Assembly: GCA_964247055.1 (NCBI GenBank)
Contig: OZ176051.1
Span: 3,720,001 to 3,784,000, forward strand
Source of the DNA: Paragordius varius
Taxonomy: Eukaryota; Animalia; Nematomorpha
Length of the DNA stretch: 64,000 nt
Direction of reading: 5' to 3'
Shown piece by piece: positions 15,124 to 28,787 of the stretch. Below the pieces are notes generated by a model, which saw only the letters and a program-made list of their open reading frames with translations, had not been told where the DNA came from and ran no database searches. Made by a program: the position numbers and the translations under genes. Every line of letters begins with the position of its first letter. Position 1 is the first letter of the stretch.

Positions 15124-15514
15124 TTTCAAACATGGAATAAATCATGTGGTATTTTTAAATTCAAAATTTGGGATTCAAAATTTGGGATTTAAAATTTTCA
15201 GCAAATGGAAAATAAAAAGAAAACTCTAATACATATCTTCGATAACTTTTTCGATCCTACCCAATTGAACCATTTTATAGTGACATTTTTTGTATAATAT
15301 TAGGTAAAAGAAAAAATCAAAGATAAAATTGTCGATTTAGATAAAAAGAAAAAGATATACCATACCGCAATAGTTTGTGACATAAAAACCAAGTTGTGCA
15401 AAACGTGGCATAATTTTTTGCTCCTTTTATGTCAGTGCTCAAACATCGAAACCTTAGTTTATACCAATTTTTCTGCCGCAGTTTCAAATTAATATATTAA
15501 ATTAGATATATAAA
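15124..15514. promoter_or_regulatory. Probable bidirectional promoter / 5' UTR region between ARID4 and the unidentified gene
   Basis: Divergent ATGs at 15123 (-) and 15515 (+), 391 bp apart. Inferred from geometry only. Confidence 0.55.
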
Positions 15515-18500
15515 ATGTTGAATAAACTTTACGAATCACTCGAAACAATCGATAAAGAGCTTGAGGATTTATACCATAAAATTGAGTGTAAATTAAAAAA
15601 TGAAGACTCTATCAAAACATTTGCCACTGGGAAAAAGATTATTAGCACCAATACCCAAAGAGAAAACTTAAATGATATATGTTTTAGCCTTTACTCCTGC
15701 AAATATGCCATGCTATATATTACGTTTCGGATTAATCTATTGCAAAAGTTTATCTTAATTTATTTTAGAATTTATTTATATGCCAAAATAAATTTTTTAA
15801 CAAACGCTAAAGACAACACACCGCATCAAAAACTATGGGATCATTTATTGAAATTTTCAAACAAATTATTTCTAAACCCGTGTTTAATATGTTTGCTGTC
15901 AGATAAATCATTTTGGTTGCAAAATAATTATCAGACTCTTCTTTTATATGTAACCCTTAAATTATCTGATAATCTTTCGACTTGTATAATTGCAAATAAT
16001 CAAATAAAAATATCCGATAAAAATGGCGGTATATTTTCTTCTATAGAATTTTAGAGTACCCAGAATATGAACCAGCCAATTACACAGAAATTGGCATATT
16101 GCACGCTTTAGATTGCAAATTCAATACATTTTTTAATGATAGCCTATACAAAGATCTCATTAAATTACATAAGTATAAGTCTACATAATACTCTTTTTAC
16201 TTATTTATTAGTTTGTAATATAAAATTTTGGCTTCATATTGTGTCCATTATATTAATATTTAAACTTTTATTTAAAACCGCTGGTAAAGCTTATTTTTTT
16301 AACAATTTATTCAGATATATAGTGATACATTTTATTATAAATCCCTAAACTTTTAAAATGTTAAATTTAGTCAAAGTTGTCAAACTTTATCCGATCTTTT
16401 ACGGGCAAAAGTTTTTGTGGATCAACACAAATTTCTCCCAACTATCAATGCAATGCTGGCCTTCAAGAAAAGTTATGAAGTGTTTTGCGGATTTTTGCCC
16501 TCTTTAGATGATGATAATAAAAGAATTCAAATGACAATGCCTTTTACAAGTGACACACCTATTGTTAAATTAAAAGTTTGAAACTATAAAATTATATAAA
16601 TTTTAATAATATATATAAATTCAAAAGAGGAAATATGATGGATTCGAACCGGAACTGTATTGCAGAATTATTATTTTAATGTTTAATACTATTATTTTTA
16701 TATTGCTTGGTTTAATATTTTTTAAGAAATACAATGCAGATAAATTTATTCTTTGTAATGCACAAAATATCCAAAATCGCCGAATTAACGATAATCCAAT
16801 CCGTGAAAATTGATATTGATAAGGTTATTTTAATTTTTTTTCTTTGACAAAAAAACTTTAGAAAGATACAAAGAAAAAGTGGAACCTATTTGGTTTTATT
16901 GGGGAATCTGTGAAAGATCAAACAACTCCACCCTTTGACATGGCTATGAAATCCAGCCGTACTAATGGACCGTCTACCAGAAAATCACTTAGATTTTACA
17001 TTGAAAGGATTTATCTTGGTATTTCAACAAAGGTTTTGCATATTTTTATTTACTATAAATAAATTTTATACGTAATTAGTTTTATAAACAAACGTTTAAT
17101 ATTTTAGAATTATTTATTGATGAACGCTTTATTACCCAACAATAAAGGATTGGCCAAAATGACTCAAGCAACTGAAATCGTAAGGAATAGGTATGATATA
17201 TTTAAATTTTGTTTTCTCTATTGCTTATAATAATTACCATCTAATAAAAACTTTATTTTAAATATTATTAGGATATTTTATTAGACCAATTAAACCTCAA
17301 GTCCGATTTTTATTCAATCAAATGCATAATTTAAATTTATTTTAATTTTTTCATCGGTTAATTTTTGGCGAATTTTAATAATAATTTTTTCATAGCCTTA
17401 AACTTTTGCAATCGCAACTTGGCGAGCAATGGGAAATTGCAATTGTTTCGTGCAAAACATCATTAAAATCAGCAAATAATATTAATTTAAGAAATCAAGA
17501 ATCTACCAATAATATTGGGAATCATAAAATAATGGATTTGGTTCCGATTTCCAGAGTATACACGGAATTTTCAACATTGCTTGACAATTATGATAACCGA
17601 TTGCCAAATGAAAATGGTCAACTATGCAATTTAAAACTTTTAATACATGTCCCTTCTTACATTAGTGAAGTAGTGTACTTATTATATATAATTTTATAAT
17701 ATTTTATATCATTTTTAAACATTTAACATTGAATTTATTAATGATAATTGAATCCATTCCTTACTGAAATACTTAACTATTTAAATTATCAAATTAATGT
17801 TATATTATCTATAAGGATATTTGAAGATACCTAAATAGTTATATGTTTTATACGCTTTTTGCCATTTTTAGCTTTTTATATGCGTGAAAATTAAACTATA
17901 TAAAGTTTTCCAAAAAATCTCCTTATTTATAAATATATTGTTTTACATTGATATGCGGTTTTATGAATATTTGTTTGCTTTATATGCTGTTAAATCGCAC
18001 AACAACTTGTAAAAAATGTATAATTTACAGGCTGACCATGAAATGGAAAATCCATCTATATTTCACACCCTGCTCCCCAAAATAGAAGAAATGATCATTA
18101 ACAATTTTTCCAACTCTGCTTTTACGAATCAAAATTTAGACGTTTCATTCAAACCATGTGATCATAAATTATCGCCAATACTAAAAAATAATTATAAGTA
18201 TCTGTTTTAATATATGATTCAAAATTTTAAATGTGAAATTGAGAAAATTATTTGGGGTAACTGAAAGAATCATAACTTTTTTACAGAACCGTTTAAAAAG
18301 AGATATAAAACTATTTTTTGCAAATCTTATCATATTTTATATACAATCAATCAATCCTTATTTATTTAAATCATCTTCTTTTGTTTGAATGTACATTTTC
18401 TTATAGTTCCTAAAGAAAAGTAGCATATAATATATGGTTTGACCTAAATGTTTATTTTTTTATTATATTTATTCATTACTAATAAAAATTTCTAAAAGGG

Positions 18501-19998
18501 TAATTGAAAGTTTGAAAAAATATGATTAGAAACCAAAACTCAAATTTAAAACGATTCCACACCCTTAATAATGTAATAAAAATTTGTTGCATTCAAACAC
18601 TATTACGTGTTAAATAAAATATTTCTTGGAAAATCCCTATTTTAAACAAATCGGATATTTTTTACCCATCTTTTTTAAAAATTCAAACATATAATAATTG
18701 CCTACTTATCTAGTAAAATGACCCAATCAACCGATTCATTAATGACGACAAACACTGTAAATACAAATATTTCCGAAAGGCGAGACTCTCAAAATTCCCT
18801 GAAACTTTCCCTTAATTTAACACAACTAAGTCATCGAAATAAGTTTTTTCAATACGGGAGTATATCACTCAGTAATAAAAAAGACAACACAAAAACTAAA
18901 CCAATCATAAGTCCCAACAATGAAAGTTGTTTGGTGTTATCATCGTATAAATCTACTCGTAAACCAAGTTTTTTTACCCTCCTGAATTATTTTAACCCAC
19001 AAACTGATTCCAGCAAATTATCGAAATCTCTATCCTTTCGCCAAGATCCAGGTATAATGGTTTTTTTATATTAAGAGGTCTTAAATTTAAACTGATTATT
19101 ATTTTTGAAAAATTCATAATTTGAAAATTTGATGCATATTTTTATTTTGCAAATGTATCTTAGTTGGAAACAAGAATATATCGAGTTCCGGGTATATATC
19201 GGCTAAAAAATTTCCAAAAATAGGACTTACCACAGATTCAAACAAATATCAGACAAAGTAACGCTATATATTTGATATTACTTATGCTATTTGAATTCCA
19301 ATAAAAAAACATTATACAATAGAATTTTTTACTATATATCTTTAGATCTCAAGACGAATTATGTGAAAACGCTTCATTTAAATCCGAAGAAATTAACATA
19401 AAAACCGAAGACCCATTTATACACACTAGTTTGGATGTTAATGAATGCATGATTGCCCAAAAAACTTTTGAAAGTATTTTTGTGTGTAGGAACAAAAATA
19501 CCAACACATATCTTACATACGATGAAGTTTGTTTTTAAAATTAATCTTTTTTGTATTTTTAAGCAAAATTTTTTAGTAGGCTCTATAAGTTCTAAATTGT
19601 ATTATAGAAAATTATAAGAAATTTATATAAGCAGGTTCCACAATATCGCAAATTTTGAAAATTTAGCTTTTTCACGAGTCTTGTTAAATATAGGAATAGA
19701 CATTATAGACCATTTTAGGATAATTTTTTTATTAATCAATAGTAAAACGTTACTTTTATTTTTTATATTCAAATTTATATTTCTTTAACAATAATTATAT
19801 TTTTTACCCATTTTTTAGGATACCCAATCACATTATGCAATCAGTAGTTTGGATAGTTTTTGCCTATATTTATTGTGCATTACCAAAAACGATCAAAAAA
19901 TAGATTGTGATTTTGTGAAGGGAGAAATCAATCACTTCATTTCTCAACATTTATCGTCTTTACAAATGCTTACTCCATTATTTGAATTATTTTATTGA
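15515..19998 (+). CDS. Unidentified multi-exon protein (about 12 exons)
   Basis: 179-aa first ORF, then in-frame GT-AG exons, e.g. EYPEYEPANYTEIG, QSCQTLSDLLRAKVF, KDTKKKWNLFGFIG, LQSQLGEQWEIAIV, ADHEMENPSIF, SQDELCENASF and DTQSHYAISS...LFELFY, with TGA at 19996-19998. No family recognised; one junction near 19560-19640 is unresolved. Confidence 0.7.
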
Positions 19999-21425
19999 AA
20001 ACCATATATTTTTATCCTCTATTTTACATATATAAGCTTTTTCCTTCAATTTTTGCCTTTTTGTGAAATAAAAATCTATATCTTTATTATTACTCTAGTA
20101 GCCCATTTCAAAAAATATAGTGTGCTTACGTAAGTAAAATATTAATATTTTTCAAAGTTATATTGAAGTATATGGTAAATATACAGGATGAGGTGTTAAT
20201 TTAATATTATTAATTTTTTACATAATTCATAAATAAAATTAATGTGACATATTTGTAATCAAGTTTGTTTTTCTCGCAATAAGTAACTATTTGACGTCAA
20301 TCCATATATACAAAATTAATTTTTTATCAACATTCATATTAATTAAAACATCGTAAAAAATTACATTATTTACTCTGTATGATGTCTATATCTAAAAGAT
20401 TTTAAAAATTGAACTTTTCTTATTTCATGATTTTTGTTCTTTTTTGAAAAGTTGTTAAAAGGGTTTTTGCCCTTTTCCGCTTTATTGGTAAACCATCATT
20501 TAAAATTGTTAATATTGATTTTTAAAATGTGTGCATTGCATGTACCTAATTAAATTTTTATTCAAGTTATAATAAAAAATGGCGATTAAAAAGTTTAGGA
20601 TATTAATTAATTCACATTGATTAGAATTTCTGGTGACACATTGTTAAATATACGTCAAAACTGGGTATTTATTTTATATACATTACAAAGACTTTGTCAA
20701 ATATCTATGCAAATCGAAATAATAGCTAAAAATTACATATCGATAATAATAATTTTAACGAAAAATAGGACTTTTATTCAACTATAAAATTTTTAATAAT
20801 ATATAATTTGGAATCATCGTAAATAGAATGGATTTTTACCAAATTTGCAGTGTATAATTCCTGTATCATTCAATCCTCATTAAACTCCTCCTAGATTATG
20901 ATACAAATATATTTGATATGGATTTTAATTAAACTAATTATTACCAATCTTAGCATATTTTTTATCGCACAATAGCGGCTTTTTTCGTTAATTGTTAAAA
21001 GTGAGCGTATTTAAATTTTTGTTGTGACTTTATTTGGTATAAAACTAGCTTCTTACAACATAAAATAGCATAATATGCTCGTTAATTTGGCCCAATTTTG
21101 ATTAAAAGAATGAAAATATTGCCATTTTAACAACTCTAACCAATCAAATCATGATACTTTTATTGGTTTTATAGTTATTTTAATTTATGTTGTCATTCAA
21201 TTTCGTCGTAGGTTAGTTTAAATAATGTTTGGGCTTTCTTTATTTATTTATACAAAGTACAATTTAAGTGTCTATTTGCCTTTAAGTATTTTATTTAATA
21301 TGCAAAAAAATACCCCTCATGCAATACAATTTTATTATAAATCAAACAAAAATAAAATTAACCGACCTGAAAATTTCTATAAAATACTTATAAAAAGATA
21401 TTTTTCACCTTTCAATTATCTACTG

Positions 21426-21706
21426 CAGGTGGGTTCAACATATAGCCCTTCGAGACATAATGTGCGGCCCGCGAAAGTGTGGAAATTCATAATTTGCAAA
21501 AATATGTCGCAAAATCTCATTAAAATTGACATTTATTTAGCGAATTTTTAATTAGTCCATCCAATTGGCAATAAACTAGAAATTATTGTATTGTATGTGA
21601 ATTTTAAAGTCTACTGTTTTAAATCTAATTAAACATTAAAAGCCCATATGTATGTATTTCAAATGCGACCAGTCGATTATTTAGAGTCAAAAATGCGGCA
21701 CCCCTG
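21426..21706. mobile_element. hAT MITE, same family as 3114-3397
   Basis: Ends CAGGTGGGTTCAAC / GCGGCACCCCTG; degenerate flanks ATCTACTG / ATCTAATA; internal similarity to the reverse complement of 3114-3397. Confidence 0.7.
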
Positions 21707-22585
21707 ATCTAATATATAATTAATAAAAGTTACTAAAAAATCATAAAAATAAGGCAATAAAAGGTTTATACCACGTACAAAATATATGGTTTGGTGGAAA
21801 ACGTTAAGGTATAAATTTTATATAGATAGGAAATTATTTAATAGCATTTTTATGCAAAGAAATAAGATCAATTATTTGGTTAAAAGTTTTTCGATTTTCA
21901 ACATTCAAAAACACCATTATGTATAATTTTGAAATTGATAATTCATTCCAAGCGTCATGTCAAAACAGCCCAATATTTAAGATACCAAAAATGCAGTTTT
22001 AGTCTCTTTTTTATTAAATATCTTTTTTTATTAAAGGCTGCATATAGTTTGGAAGCTTTAAACACTGACCAGCCCAGGATTGATATATCACAACGCATCT
22101 TCAACTTTTATTGTTCGACCACCTGAGCTTTCAAAATTTATATAAAAAGGGTCAAATTTAACCCAAACTATGTTTTTTAAGAGATTGATATTGGGTTTCG
22201 GAATCCGAGCAAATTGGACATTATACCACAAAAGAAATGTTAAAAACATTAGAGCGAAAAATATATTATAATTAATAGTGGTTTTCTATAGATTGACTAC
22301 CGTAAGTAAAACATTTTTAGAGGTGTAAAATTTTGTACCATAACCGATGATGCCACATTTTTTATGCCAACATTTATGATTTGGTGAAAAGTGAAAACTA
22401 TTTGAAATCAAATCCACCCGCGCTTATTGTATTTGTAAAATCACTTCCTTACATTTTTTTGCATACCAACTAATATCCGCTACAGCATGTAAACTTTTAA
22501 TCGTAAAAAAATTGATTATAATGGATATTTTTCGTAATTTTTACATTTATTAATATTGAGATAACTAACAAAGTCAAAAAGTAAA

Positions 22586-24817
22586 TTATGTATTGCAAAA
22601 GAGTGTTTGTCGCAAAAAGTTAATTACTATCCATCGGTACTTGGAGTTTGCTATGCAATTCAAATAAAAATGTAACGTTGCATAAGAATATTCAAGCATT
22701 AGGCAAATTGATATCATTAGTGCTATAATATCGGGTGTTGTAATTCTTAAAAAAGTATCCAAAAACATTTGTACCACAGAAATGGGTAACAAAAGGCAAA
22801 CAAATTCGAATGACAAAAGGATAAAAGTTTTTATGTGTTGTCGATATTCCCGTATCTTTCGTTTTTCTCTCCTCATCTCATGCGTACTTGGAGTTTTAAT
22901 TGTGCTATTATTTGTCAAATTAGATATCGTACTAATATTTAAGGTTAGAGTCTCACTTATTTTTGGACCACTTAAATTTTTGGCTTTAATATCAGTAAGA
23001 AGATTTGTTTTAATTGGTTCATTCTTTTTCATAGTAGTTCGTAGAGAAAGCTGGTAATTTAATTTTGCTTGGTTTTGGACTTGGTTTTGACCGTCAGTAG
23101 GAAAATAAACTGTAGTCGATTGTCGCACATACGGTGATATTTTTGGACCCAAGGATGTTTTACGTTTAATCCGCCAATTTTTTGTGTCTTTGTTCAATGA
23201 ATTATTCATTGTAGATTGATTATTTTTGGCATCTGTTACATTGTTTTGGGAATTACTGTAATTACTATATTTATCACAAAGCGCAAATTTATGAAATCTA
23301 ACATGGTTCATATCAATTTTCCGCTTAGCCCGGATATTTAGCAATCTAACTGCTAAAATAGTAACAAATGGAATTACTTTAACCATTAACTCACGCCATA
23401 ATTGATATTGGGTCCAGAGTTGTTTATACTTTACCGGGGAAAAAATGCTATATTCGTAGTAGGATACTATCCGAAAATAGTATTCAACTATATTTATCGA
23501 TCTTATGTGATTCGATAAACATGTTGCCGTATACGGTTCTCTTTTCAATGTAAAATTGGTATTATTTAGCCTATTGAGAGATATCTCATTAGCAAACATT
23601 TGATTTAAATTAGTGTACAAAGATTTAAAATCATAAAAGTATTGACATTGTTCCATACAATGAGCGCAACACAGTTGCGAAAAAGCGTGTTGAAATGGAT
23701 AAAAAGTTGAATTTGTAGCCGCTAGACCGGTCCTTAGCGCCATAGAACTAAATTTATGTTGTCTTCTAAAGGCCATGACGATACGGTCTTTACGTTCTAC
23801 CTTAAGCCATAAAAATGTTGGGGCATACCAAATACAGGCATAGAGAAGTGTACAAATAAGTATACATCTTATACGATACCGTGTTAACCATATCTTATAA
23901 TTCACTGGGCTCCAAATAGCCATGATTTGATTCAGAGAAATGAACAGGTATATCAAAAAACTCCAAGCCAAAAATGGTTTAAATAGGGGATTCAACAAAT
24001 GAGCACCAAAAAAGTTGTAGGATAACCGTTCCCACCAAACCGATGACTGACGCTTTTGTAATATTTTTAACACTAGCGTACAATCAGAGCCATTACCTTG
24101 CTTATTTTTGTCAAATTGATTGGTTAGTTCTTTAATCGATTCATTCGTGTAATTTACCACAGGATTCCCAGATTGATTAAAATGGAATGCTTCCAGACTC
24201 ATGTTTGATGTTATTGGCGCAGGGTGAAAAATATCCATGATGGGGAAAACTATTAGGCTACACGAATATATCATATTACTAAGGTAGAAACATCGTAACA
24301 AATGTTGGTTAATATCACACGTTTTACCGGTTTGTTTGTAACATATATTGTTTGATATATGCTTGGCCCATTTTTTGGTGTAATAACCCAGGATGGCAAA
24401 TGATGACTTATGTTTTATTCTATAATTTGAATGGGCAAAATCCAGAGCTGAAAAGGATGTTGTTCCAGAAGATAAATTTTCAATGTTTCCAATATTGTTA
24501 GCAACATTTATATTTCTAGTAGTACCATCTTTAGACATATTGCTTTGATTATTTTGATTATTATTATTATTGAAATCCAAAATATGGTCTTTCCTTGATT
24601 GTCGCATTATTCGTGAAGTTGCTTCCTTTTTGGAGTTTGGGTTAAATGCCAAATAAATACCCAATATATTTCCAATGACACCCAAAATTAAAAGGGTGGG
24701 ACTGAAAATTTTATATATCAAAACGGAGTTGAGGATACTTAGAGAATTTGATTTGGTATTTGTGTGAAACTCAAGGGCCAGCGGTTTCCACTCTTGGAAA
24801 TTTGAAACATTTTTCAT
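22586..24817 (-). CDS. Intronless rhodopsin-like (class A) GPCR of the FMRFamide/sex-peptide-receptor type, with long loops
   Basis: Single ORF (first ATG at 24817, about 743 aa) with seven hydrophobic segments: TM1 LLILGVIGNILG, TM3 FLIYLFISLNQIMAIWSP, TM5 VIPFVTILAV, TM6 FEFVCLLLP, TM7 ATLHFYLNCIANSKYR. Confidence 0.85.
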   Translation of the reverse strand: MKNVSNFQEWKPLALEFHTNTKSNSLSILNSVLIYKIFSPTLLILGVIGNILGIYLAFNPNSKKEATSRIMRQSRKDHILDFNNNNNQNNQSNMSKDGTTRNINVANNIGNIENLSSGTTSFSALDFAHSNYRIKHKSSFAILGYYTKKWAKHISNNICYKQTGKTCDINQHLLRCFYLSNMIYSCSLIVFPIMDIFHPAPITSNMSLEAFHFNQSGNPVVNYTNESIKELTNQFDKNKQGNGSDCTLVLKILQKRQSSVWWERLSYNFFGAHLLNPLFKPFLAWSFLIYLFISLNQIMAIWSPVNYKIWLTRYRIRCILICTLLYACIWYAPTFLWLKVERKDRIVMAFRRQHKFSSMALRTGLAATNSTFYPFQHAFSQLCCAHCMEQCQYFYDFKSLYTNLNQMFANEISLNRLNNTNFTLKREPYTATCLSNHIRSINIVEYYFRIVSYYEYSIFSPVKYKQLWTQYQLWRELMVKVIPFVTILAVRLLNIRAKRKIDMNHVRFHKFALCDKYSNYSNSQNNVTDAKNNQSTMNNSLNKDTKNWRIKRKTSLGPKISPYVRQSTTVYFPTDGQNQVQNQAKLNYQLSLRTTMKKNEPIKTNLLTDIKAKNLSGPKISETLTLNISTISNLTNNSTIKTPSTHEMRREKRKIREYRQHIKTFILLSFEFVCLLLPISVVQMFLDTFLRITTPDIIALMISICLMLEYSYATLHFYLNCIANSKYRWIVINFLRQTLFCNT

Positions 24818-26248
24818 TTTAAAACTCAAATATCATTTTTCAAGCTAGTATTTATAGACTCCTGATTTATTTATTTTTCTAAATGGATTTTTCACAAATT
24901 GATTTCAGGTCAAAGTTCAGTTTAGGAGTTAATGGATGTTGTTTGTTATCAAAATATTTAAATAATAATAACATAATTTTGACAAATAAAACAAAGTAAT
25001 TAGTATACTAATTGCAAATACGGAAAAAAAAGTTGTTGTTATAGATATGAAAACTATAAAATAAGAATATATGATAATTAATGGATTCCACGTTTTTTTT
25101 TTTCAAAAAAAATTTATGAGGATTCAACCAAAATAAAGTTGTTAAATTATATTTCACAGCAGGATAATTGGATTGATAATGTACCATAAATTGCGTTTTA
25201 TATTTGGTGAATTTTTGGCAAAAATAGTATCCATGAGATTTGGATACTTTTGGGGTTTAATAAATATGTAGTTATTTAATAGTTTTTAAATTTTTAAACC
25301 GAAAAATAAAAGTTAATAAAATACACATTTTAATGCAGTATACGATAATTAATATTATTTTTAAAAAGGTTTGTAAAATAGTTTTCCTTTTCAAGGTTCA
25401 ATTTTAATTTCCTTGTTTCCTCCTTATAGACGGCTTCAAAATTTAACACTCATCTCATAATAATTAAGAACTTATATTTTCATTTCATATTTAGGCGAGA
25501 GGAGTCCCTTTGTAAACTCTATACATATACAAAATTAAACTAACAAAACAGTTAAGTTATATATAGGTGTACATTATGATAAATTGATATTTTAAAGCAA
25601 TTAGTATACAGTCAAATTTGAAGCTAAAATTATTGCATTTTTACCATTTTTAGGAATATTTTAAAATTTGTTAGTACGACACACAGAAAAAAATTTAACA
25701 ATGTATATAAAGATGTTATATCAAAATAAAAATTTATTTTCAAAAAACCAAATCAACCCTTTTATCTATATATATGTATTTGATGAAAAGAAATCTCCTT
25801 GATTTAAAAAATATATAGAAAATTTGGAAGTATATCTAAAATTCTGTTTCTTTTTAGCTTAATTCTTCCCTAATTGATAAATTATTTATGGTGTAAAAAG
25901 TTGGTACAGCTAGAGTATACTATTTGGATTATGAATGAACTAAAAACCAGAGTTAAATACAGGCAAAGGTTTTTTAAATAAATCAATAATATTTCTTTTT
26001 TTATTCTTTTTTTAAAAAAAAAACTTATTTTGAGTCAATTTGTTCTTTCTAATTCAAAATAATAATTAAAACTACTAATCTACAAAGGATACATAAAAGA
26101 TGTAATCGAATTAACTACCTTATTAAAATATTTAATATGTATAAATATGCATTAAACATTTATTAATAATCTTTTATTTGAATGAATCTCACGCATCATT
26201 TTGTGCAAATATGCATAATAAAAATTATAAATATAAAAAGTACATTAG

Positions 26249-27164
26249 TTAATTAAAATTGTAAAATCCATTGTTGTCACTGGCATATACCAATCTTAAA
26301 GCTACAGACTGTCCATTCGCATTTACGGTCTATAAATTACAGTATGAGTAAGTATATATATATATATATTGTTAGAAAGTTATTAATTATTGCCGAATAT
26401 ACTTCCCCCTTGTTGTATATGCGATTTGGCAATAATTAATAACTTTTTACCAATATATAATACTTACTCATACTGTAAAACAATTTTACCCCTATTCATT
26501 TCGTTTATTTAATTAAGGACGAACCTTTTTTTATACCATACGCTACTGTAATAATATTAGATTAAAAATAATTTTGGTAATTAGTTCATGCTGACAATCA
26601 TACATTTTTTTATTCTAAACAGAGATCGTAGTTTTTAAGTTATAGACAATATATCATTTTTCAATATTTCCACAATATTAACTATTATATATTATTTGTA
26701 AAAACAATGGATATAAGTTAAGTATAGTAAAATTTTCATTTAAATCAAAAAAAGGTTATGATGATGCGGTTACTAAGCCATGCATTTTTACGCGGTTATT
26801 TAGCGGGTCTTAATCTTAAATAATGCCAAATTTTAAGATAGTTATTATATATATTGTATTTTCAAGAAAAGCAAATTAAATTATAATTTATAAATAAAAT
26901 TACATACATCGATTCTCAAGACAGGGTTATTGGTAATGCAAAGCGTGTCTATCGTTATGCGATTTATAATTTGGTTATCTTGTACATAACTTGGGCTTAT
27001 GGTGATGGCTTGTTTGTTGCCATAATAAAGGACACATTTAACACGGCCTGTCCCAGTTTCTCTATTGAGGGCGCAAAAACATTGTTGTATTGACTAAGTA
27101 AAACTCACTCAATATTGATTTTGTTTTAAAACCAACAACGTAAACGCAATAATATAGTAAACAT
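26249..27164 (-). CDS. Small, probably secreted protein B; 5' end unresolved, possibly frameshifted
   Basis: Exons 27093-26904 (SIQQCFCALNRETGTGRVKC...NNPVLRIDV), 26808-26774 (YPLNNRVKMHGL) and 26329-26249 (TVNANGQSVALRLVYASDNNGFYNFN-stop) join in frame at GT-AG sites. The ATG at 27164 opens a hydrophobic segment that does not splice in frame as written. Confidence 0.5.
26340..26475. mobile_element. Tc1/mariner-type MITE (136 bp, almost entirely inverted repeat)
   Basis: TA|CAGTATGAGTAAGTA ... TACTTACTCATACTG|TA, with arms continuing about 55 bp inward. Confidence 0.8.
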
Positions 27165-28787
27165 TAAATAATCAAAGGTTATCAAACGTTAAATTTCGTA
27201 TTTTGGTCTAAGGATAGGCTACAAATTTAATATGTATAACACTAGACAACAAATAACTTTTTTTAACTGCCATTCTTGTAAATTTAAAATTTATTTCATT
27301 AAAGTAGATAATTAGTATATCTGAAAAGAAAATTGGTCTAGCATGAAAGAATTTTTTTATATTAGAGTTTATCGATAATTTTTGGCTCCGATTAAACATT
27401 AAACTTGAAATTTCGAAAATTAAAAGTTTAAAATATGAAGCCATGTATTTTATATCATTCGAAAGAGCTCAAAAAACTGCATCTTTTAAATGGTAGTAAG
27501 TCATTTAAATCAATCGTATATAAAAGTTATTTGGATTTAAATGGTCGAAATTTTCAATCCTTAAATAAGTCAGGAATTTTCACAGACAAACTAATTTGAA
27601 AATCATATAAATTATTTTAATATAATTATTAGGGATATATTAGTATTTAATTTATAAAAAAAATGTTTGAAAAAGCTTTTGTTTGCTTTTTTTATAAAAA
27701 TTATTATTACCATAAATATTTTACTTAGTGGATACTAAAATGCATAGTTATAACTATAAATTTATTACATAATGGCTATAAAAGATCAAAAATACCTTAA
27801 ACTTTGTTTTTATCTTTAAAATTTCGAAATTATCAGCCTCGTAAAGAAAATAAATTAATATTGATGAGATGGTAATTTTTAAAAAACAAAAACTTAAAAA
27901 TGGCTGTTTTGAGTGACATAAAAGCAATAAAAAAATGTTTTAATCAAAACAACTTTCTTGTGTTATCTTTTTTGGACATTCATCACCATCTAAACAAAGT
28001 TTTAGCTATTTTTATCTATTAGTTTTAAAAATATAATAATTAAAAAAAATGCTCTCGCTTCGCGCGTTTGTCGCTCTTTGTGTCCAATATTAACTGTCGA
28101 TGTAATACATATTAGTATACATTTTATAGAGTTTTTAATAGTCTTTCGAATGATATATTACAAATGGGCATTACTTGTATATTTTCAAAGAAAAACATTT
28201 TTTAGTAAAATTTTGATAAAGAGGGCGCATAATCAAAAAAATCAAATTATACAAAACTCTTCCAACGAGTTATATTATTTCGGATTTACTGTTAGAATGA
28301 TACTAAATATCAAAAAATGCAAAAAACTCGAGTGGCAGAAAAATTTGTTGTCCAGTGTAATCCTTATAATAGGCGTAGTGTTATCAAATTTGTGAATTAG
28401 TGATCGACATATCTGCACAATAATGACTCTAAATACAAATGTTTTGATATTGATTTTTAAAAATTAATTTATTCGGTCATATTTTAGGATTCAATTCTTT
28501 GGAGAAAAATGTTATGATTGGAAAAGTTAAGGTAAGCGAAAATAAAATTGACCACAGCGTAACGCACCAAAGGGATGAACTAAGACGACTTTGATAAGTT
28601 AAATGATAAATTTGAAGGTCAACAGTGTGCGTACAATAGAAAAGTCGGATTCGACTTAGGCAAACTTAACTAACTAATATAACAAGATATCTATAAAAAA
28701 AGGGGTCTAAATTGCTTTTTAATAAAATGATTTTTATATACCTTTTAATTTTATTTATACTTTTATTCAAATTGATTATAAATATTA

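Noticed and set aside
28318-28580. Possible small plus-strand gene (...FNSLEKNVMIGKVK|RNAPKG) with a strong GTAAGC donor and a 26-nt intron
   Set aside because: No convincing in-frame upstream exon or recognisable product; could be the 3' UTR of gene A. Needs RNA data.
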